Assembly (NCBI RefSeq): GCF_009914755.1
Contig: NC_060940.1
Reading direction: 5' to 3' (one strand)
Source of the DNA: the human T2T-CHM13v2.0 reference genome, Homo sapiens
DNA: 64,000 nucleotides
A program made the translations under genes and the position numbers. Below are positions 56,250 through 64,000 of this stretch, one piece after another. A model generated the notes under the pieces. That model saw only the letters and a program-made list of their open reading frames with translations. It made no database searches and was not told where the DNA came from. The first letter of the stretch is position 1; each line of letters starts with the position of its first letter.

Positions 56250-57050
56250 TAAAAGACAGTGGCTAAGACTTCAGGATACAAGGTGAAGTGTAAAATTATG
56301 GGCTGCATTATTCCAGGTCAAGGGGAAGACACGCCTGTGTGGAATGCCCCTCTACTTCTAAGCTAGCCAGGTAACATCTGCATGTTACCAGGTAAACAAA
56401 ACTTTGAGGGGAGCAGAGCTACCCAATTAAGGGCTCCAGGCGAAATGCAGGCGATAAAACGCTTCATTTCAGCAGGAGCGTCTTTACGGAAATGCCAGAG
56501 TTTGTTCACCAGTTGCATGTAAATGAGCTAGGCAGGCACCATAATTACATCACCTGGCTGTGTTGCAGCAGAGCAGAAACTGATGGGCCTTTGGTCTGTG
56601 GACGTTTTGAGGAAGGGACCCCGCTTTAGTCCCCAAACACCGAGAGACTGTGATCCCAACAGGGTAAACTTAGCTCAGCCTCTGAGCCTGCAAACAGTTC
56701 ATTATAAACCCCAAACTGTCACATTGCTCCCCTAATGAGGGCGTACATCTTTGGCAGCCTCAGGACAGTAGTAACTTACTTAATGACACATTCTGGGAGT
56801 TTTATGTGCCTGCTCCATAAAAAAAAGAAATGCGCTGTTTCCATAGCAATGCGGGGTCTTTCGGGCAGCCCCGTTGTGACAGCTAGAGCCCCTGCGTTCT
56901 TCTGGGAACTGTTCTTTCTGTTTTTCTGGAAGCTCTTAAATTGTCCCCCAAGCACCCTCATCTCCCTCCATTTCAGAGAAGACCAAATAGCACATTCCCA
57001 GGTTTGCCATCCTGGTAATTTGGCTTAGCAGTTCCTCAGAGTGCTCAGAA
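56250..57050. promoter_or_regulatory. Candidate enhancer (RFX, FOX and TEAD motifs)
   Basis: Repeat-free, CpG-retaining; GTTTCCATAGCAAT at 56837-56850; GTAAACA near 56392. Confidence 0.35.
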
Positions 57051-57870
57051 CATCCATTGCAGACCCTGCTGAACCCAAAGATGAGACTCCTTGTTCTTCC
57101 TGGATTAGAATAAAGACAAAAGCATTACAAGGACTAACGCATTAAAGCAGCTGGCGATATCTGATCATGTCAATCTATGGCTTACAGAGCTACAGTGGAA
57201 ACACACAAGGAGTCAGAGGAGCCAACCTCTAGTCCTGGCTCTGCCATCAGCTTTGAGCAAACAGTGAATGCTTCGGAGCCATGTTTTGAGAGTCACACTG
57301 ACTTTGGGTTTGACAAGACCTACTGCTTTATGTCACTGGGTCATTGAAATGGTGAGAAGGGATAATATATGCAAGGCATAGGACCAATCACTTTATAAGC
57401 AACTCAAAAATGTTAGCTGTTATTATCCCACCATCTTAAACAAATTCAACAAAACCATCCTCCCTCCACCCATAACTCAGTACTATCAACTTTCCAACTT
57501 ATTTCTCCAAACTTTGTTAATAGATTTGCATGTAGTTAGAGACAAATACAGGCCCAGGCATGAGCAGATAAGGGGGCAGCGGGGGCATGGGGGTGATTCT
57601 GTATGAAAGCTGTCAGTGACCAGAAAGGTAAATTGCCCTACTCACTTCACTCCCTTAATCTGCATGCTACAGCAACGCCAGCTAAGTCATGGGCTGCTCA
57701 GAATCTAGCAGGGATCTTATTGTGCCTCAATATACGGCAATATCCCAGAAGGAACATTCCAGCCACTTCCAAGATATGAACAGTGCATCTGATCAGAGGG
57801 TCACTCAGATTGGAACTGGTGCTCCACACTCAAGAGCAGAAGGCCCTTTATTGAGTCTACTTTAGACTAC

Positions 57871-58264
57871 TGATATGGTTTGGCTCTGTGTCCCCACCCA
57901 AATCTCATCTCAAATTGTAACACTTGCTTGTCGAGGGCAGGACCTGGTGGGAGGCGCTTGGATCATAGGGGTGGTTTTTCCTATGCTGTTCTCATGATAA
58001 TGAGGGAGTTTTCATGAGACCTGGTGGTTTAAAAGTGGCAGTTTCCCCTACTCTCTCTCTCACTCTCTCTTGCTCTCTCTCTCTCTCTCTGTCCTGCCAC
58101 CTTGTGAAGAAAGTACTTACTTCTCCTTTGCCTTCCACCATGATTGTAAGTTGCCTGAGGCCTCCCCAGCCATGTGGAACTGTGAGTCAATTAAACCTCT
58201 TTTGTTTATAAATTACCCAGACTCAGGTAGTATCTTTATAGCAGTGTGAAAACAGACTAATACA
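57871..58264 (+). mobile_element. MSTA solo LTR
   Basis: tgatatggtttggctctgtgtccccacc...cagactaataca; TSD actac/actat. Confidence 0.92.
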
Positions 58265-59739
58265 ACTATAAAGTAACCTGAAGATAGCAGCTTTATTCTC
58301 ATCTGCCCTTGTTTGCTCATGTGGAACCGAGAATAGTTGTTCCTTGCCCTGAACTTATATTTACTACCCACTCTCCCTCTCCCTCCATCAGACTCTTATC
58401 ATCTAACCTGGAGTATTTGGACAACTTCCTCAATGGAATATCCTCTTCCTCCCTTGCCTACCTCCCATCCATCCCAAACAGTACATCAGAATGTTCTAAA
58501 GTGCAAATCTGGTCATGTCACTCCCCAGCTAAAACTTTCTCAATATTTCCCCCAACAACTTCTGGAAAATAGTTCAAAGGCCTTACTCTAGCCTCGCCTC
58601 TCAGCCTCACCTCTTCCTTTCCCATGACAACCCTGCTGCCTCCTTGAAGCTCCTGGTGCTTACCTTGACCCAGGACATCTAACCCAGTCCTCCTGACTGT
58701 GACTGCACATTAGAATCACCTAGTAAGCTTCTAAAGATGGCAGCATCTGACCCGACCTCCTGGAGAGTCTTACTTCATTGATCAGGGAACGCAGGTGAAG
58801 ATCATTAGCTGCCAGCATTGAATGTTAAACTCATCACCAGATTGGAATTGTCCCTTAATATATTGGTTCTCTAGACCCAGGGATTTTTGTTTCATTTTGT
58901 CATCTACGTTGTGGAACTTTAGGTGCAGAGATTGGCGTCATTCACCTTCCTCAGTTCCTGGCATTGTGTCATCCTTGTTCTAGAGCCAGCCTCTCTTTTG
59001 CTTCTTTTCTTCATTCCTTTCATTACAAACTGCAACATCAGTCCCTCCCTCTCCTTTGGCAATCATTCAGCTGTGTTTGCTGTGTATGCTTTCATTTGTT
59101 TATGGTCCTATACATTGCATATCACTGCTGTGTTTACATAATTTTTAGTTATATACATGAAGAGGGCTGTAGATTTTATTCTGTGCCTTTCCTTTTTGCA
59201 CCCAGCACTGTTTTTTAAGAGTGCTCTGTGTTATTTAGAATACCTGATTGTTGTTTTAAAACTTTACAGAATTCCACAGTGTGCATCTCCCACATTTACC
59301 TGTCTCCTCCCCCCTTGATCACACCCATGCTGCCTCTAACTCCACCTCCTTGATGTCAGAGTGAATTTTGCTGGGCATGGTCTTTTGGGGGCCTGGGCAA
59401 GAATTTCTTCAAGATATGTACCCAGAAATACAATTTTCAGGAAAAATGGGGCATATATATTTTTATTTTAATGGACCAACTATTAGCTAACTGTCCTCCA
59501 GAATGGCTGCACCAATCTATACTCTTAGGCCAGTATTTCAGTTGTTTATTCCAATATTCGGGGGATCAGCGATCTCTTTGAGAATCTGATAACACATTTG
59601 GAAACTCTACTTCAGAAAAAGTAAATATTATCATACAATACTTTTTTTACAAATGTTTATTAAGAAAAAATGTTTAAATTTATGTATCAAGGTGCATGTA
59701 TTAGTTTACTTAATTTTTAGAATATTTTATGTTAGGTAT

Positions 59740-60920
<1,181 letters not shown>

Positions 60921-62199
60921 AAGGTGGGTATTAATATTAACTTTATTTTATAAATTAAGGACTTGAGACCAAACTGAGATCAGAATGAGGGTAACGAGGT
61001 GCCAGGGCCAGTGACTGGGAACGATGCCCCATTTTGCATTCATTTTGGAAAGGACAGGGATAAGGGAGTCACCGGCCATCCTCCCTCCAAGATTCCACAG
61101 ACTTTAAGTGTGGAATCCCATGCTGGACTGTGAGTCTAGCAAAAGATCAGACATACTGATTCTCAGTATATACTTGAATAAATGAATAAAGTGAGCACAA
61201 ATCCCTTCAGAGCTTCCTCCATCTCAAAATATACCATCTTCTCACACAATGAGCCCAGGATGTGTAATTCAGCTCTGGATGCTATGGGCACCCCCAGGGA
61301 CACCTCCAGAGCACCCCCCTACGCCACCCTCCAGCAGAGAGACTGCCTGCATAGTGCCTGATGGACACTGAGTGAATTGGAAGCCTGGATGTCTTATCTG
61401 GGGTGTTATTACATCTGGATCAATTCTTAACCTTTCAGTTTAGCTTTGAGCTGCTTGGTGACCTCTGACAGATCAGATATAAATCATTCCACCCTGCACA
61501 GGTAAGAGGCATTTCGTCAGCTGTGGTCTCATGACATTTGAGGCTTTCCTGGAGGCTGGTACCCCTCGGAAGGCAGTGTGTGGCTCTCAGCCGTGACCAG
61601 TGCAAAGGCAGGCAGATTCAGGGGGCTTTAGCGAAAGGTGCAATAAACAACGGCGTGTCAATCCTGTCTTCACTCTAGGTAGAAAGGGGCCATACACATG
61701 CTCCACCAGCATAAGACCTCAGTTCTGGGAGTAACTTTCCAATACACCATGGGACTGATCTACTTTATTGAACTAGTCCAGCATTTGCTCTTTTAGAATT
61801 CAGGGAGGCAGTAAGTAAAAGGTGAAAGGGGAGAAATTACTACTGGGTGATCGCATCCTATGGGCTGGGCATTGAAAACAACACAAACATCATAAATCAT
61901 TTAATCTCACCAGCAAGCCCATGCAGTGATTATTATTGTCACCATTCCACAAAGGAGGAATTATAGTTCCAAGACTTAAAATGCCTTACCAAGGTCACCT
62001 AGCAGGTAAAATGGAACACATCTAAGATGTACCCGATTTTCATTCTTATGCTCTTACTGCCTCAAAATCTCAAAAAGACTTCTGTCCTTCCCAGAACTTT
62101 CTATCCTCAAATCCCTGTAGAAGAATGGGAGAGGCTGTGTTGTTGAAAAAACCCAAGTTCAAGGCCTCCTTACGCCAATACCTAGGTGCCACTCACCTA

Positions 62200-62651
<452 letters not shown>

Positions 62652-63364
62652 TCACATTCTAAAGGAAGTTCTTAAAGATTACAAAACTTCAACACCTAAT
62701 GGGATTCAAAAGTAGTGGTAAAATTTTAGATCCTGGGATGGTTTTTTAAGCATATTGGGAGAATTCACCTTAAATTACACCTCATGGCCAGCTCCTATAA
62801 TACATGGTTAGACAACCATATGATAAGGTCGGTAGGGTCTAATCATTGCAGAAAAGCAATTAGTATTTTGTATGGTAGGTAATCCAGTATCTCAGGGATG
62901 AAAGCTACTGAAGTCTCAGCACTTTATCTTCCAGGACTCATTACCAATGGAGAAGATTGTCTAATTTCCATCTGATTTGCTTATTTTGAAAGTTATTATT
63001 TGATCGCTCTGGCTCCTAGACACACAGAAACCTCCTTTTGGCCAACCATGGCTAAGAGAACCTGATCAGTGAAAATAGATCCACCTGAAATGCCTCATCA
63101 GATCCAAAGTTCTCACTGAAGACAAGAAGGAGAGAGGTCAGCAGCACCTTATTTTTCTGAGACCATAACCCAAACTTAATTTTCTCTTTGATTCATAAAC
63201 TCTTTTATTTTATCTTGGGCGAATTTCTCTTGATTTTTGATGTATGACTTGATTAGTCAACCAGCAAACCAATAAGTCTACAAGGAAGCAGCTCACGTAG
63301 TTGTAGCAGTAATGGTGGTATTAATAGTAGAGGTGGTAGTAGGAACATAGCGGTGGTAGTAACA

Positions 63365-63590
63365 TAATAACTAGTCTCATCTGTGTGCTTACTATGTGCC
63401 AGGAACTATTCTAGTCTTTTAACACTTACATTTAATCATGACAATAATCCCATGACATACTATTGGTTCCTCATTTTCCAGATGAAGAACTTGAGGCATA
63501 AGAAAGTAGGTTATTTGCCAAAAGTCATCAAGCTACTGAGTATTGGTGCCTGGATTTAAACCCAGGCGATCTGATTCCACATCCTTTGCT
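63365..63590 (-). mobile_element. MIR
   Basis: tgcttactatgtgccagg...cattttccagatgaagaacttgaggca. Confidence 0.85.
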
Positions 63591-63638
63591 CTTGGACAGG
63601 ATTCTGTTCTGTTAATAATAATGGCAACCATAACTTAG

Positions 63639-64000
63639 TTTTTTAAAAAAAATTTTTCTCCAACTTTTATTTTAAGTTCAGGGGTATATGTGCAGGATGT
63701 GCAGGTTTGTTACACAGGTAAACGTGTGCCTTGGTGGTTTGCTGCACAGATCATCCCTTCACTTAGATATTAAGCCCAGCATCCATTAGCTCTTCTTCCT
63801 GATCCTCTCTCTCCCCCCACCACGCCCCAGACAGGCCCCAGTCTGTGTGGTTCCCTGCCATGTGTCCGTGTGTCCTCATCATTCAGCTCCCACTTATAAG
63901 TGAGAACATGCAGTGTTTGGTTTTCTGTTCCTGTGTTAGTTTGCTAACGATAAACTCAGTAAACTAGTTGGCTTCCAACTCTATCCATGTCCCTGCAAAG
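63639..64000 (-). mobile_element. L1PA (about PA8-12) 3' end, cut by window end
   Basis: caacttttattttaagttcaggggtatatgtgcaggatgtgcaggtttgttac. Confidence 0.9.

Overview
Primate (very probably human) non-coding genomic DNA. There is no credible protein-coding gene, tRNA, rRNA, CRISPR array or prokaryote-type system. The listed ORFs are short frames made of Alu, L1, MaLR or microsatellite sequence, or chance ORFs. Much of the window is interspersed repeat: about 22 Alus (J, S and Y types, many with readable target-site duplications, TSDs), truncated L1 3' ends, many MIR and L2 fragments, MaLR LTRs (THE1, MST, MLT1), ERV LTRs (MER4A, MLT2, ERVL-type), and DNA transposon MITEs (MER1B, MER58, MER5, MER33, MER20, MADE1). 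Several repeat-free islands retain CpGs and carry TF motif clusters, so they are candidate enhancers (about 19.5-20.3, 34.4-35.2, 43.7-44.6, 47.2-47.5, 50.1-50.8 and 56.0-57.2 kb). I did not find a new biological system. The most unusual feature is a ~127 bp local templated duplication (44233-44401 copied to 45259-45385) that landed in a (TA)n tract inside an MLT2 LTR, with the donor A-tract now a pure A58. Also notable are an extended-loop MADE1 (miR-548-type) hairpin, a chimeric Alu and several nested insertions. Repeat subfamily names come from remembered consensus sequences and old-element boundaries are approximate. I could not identify the locus.
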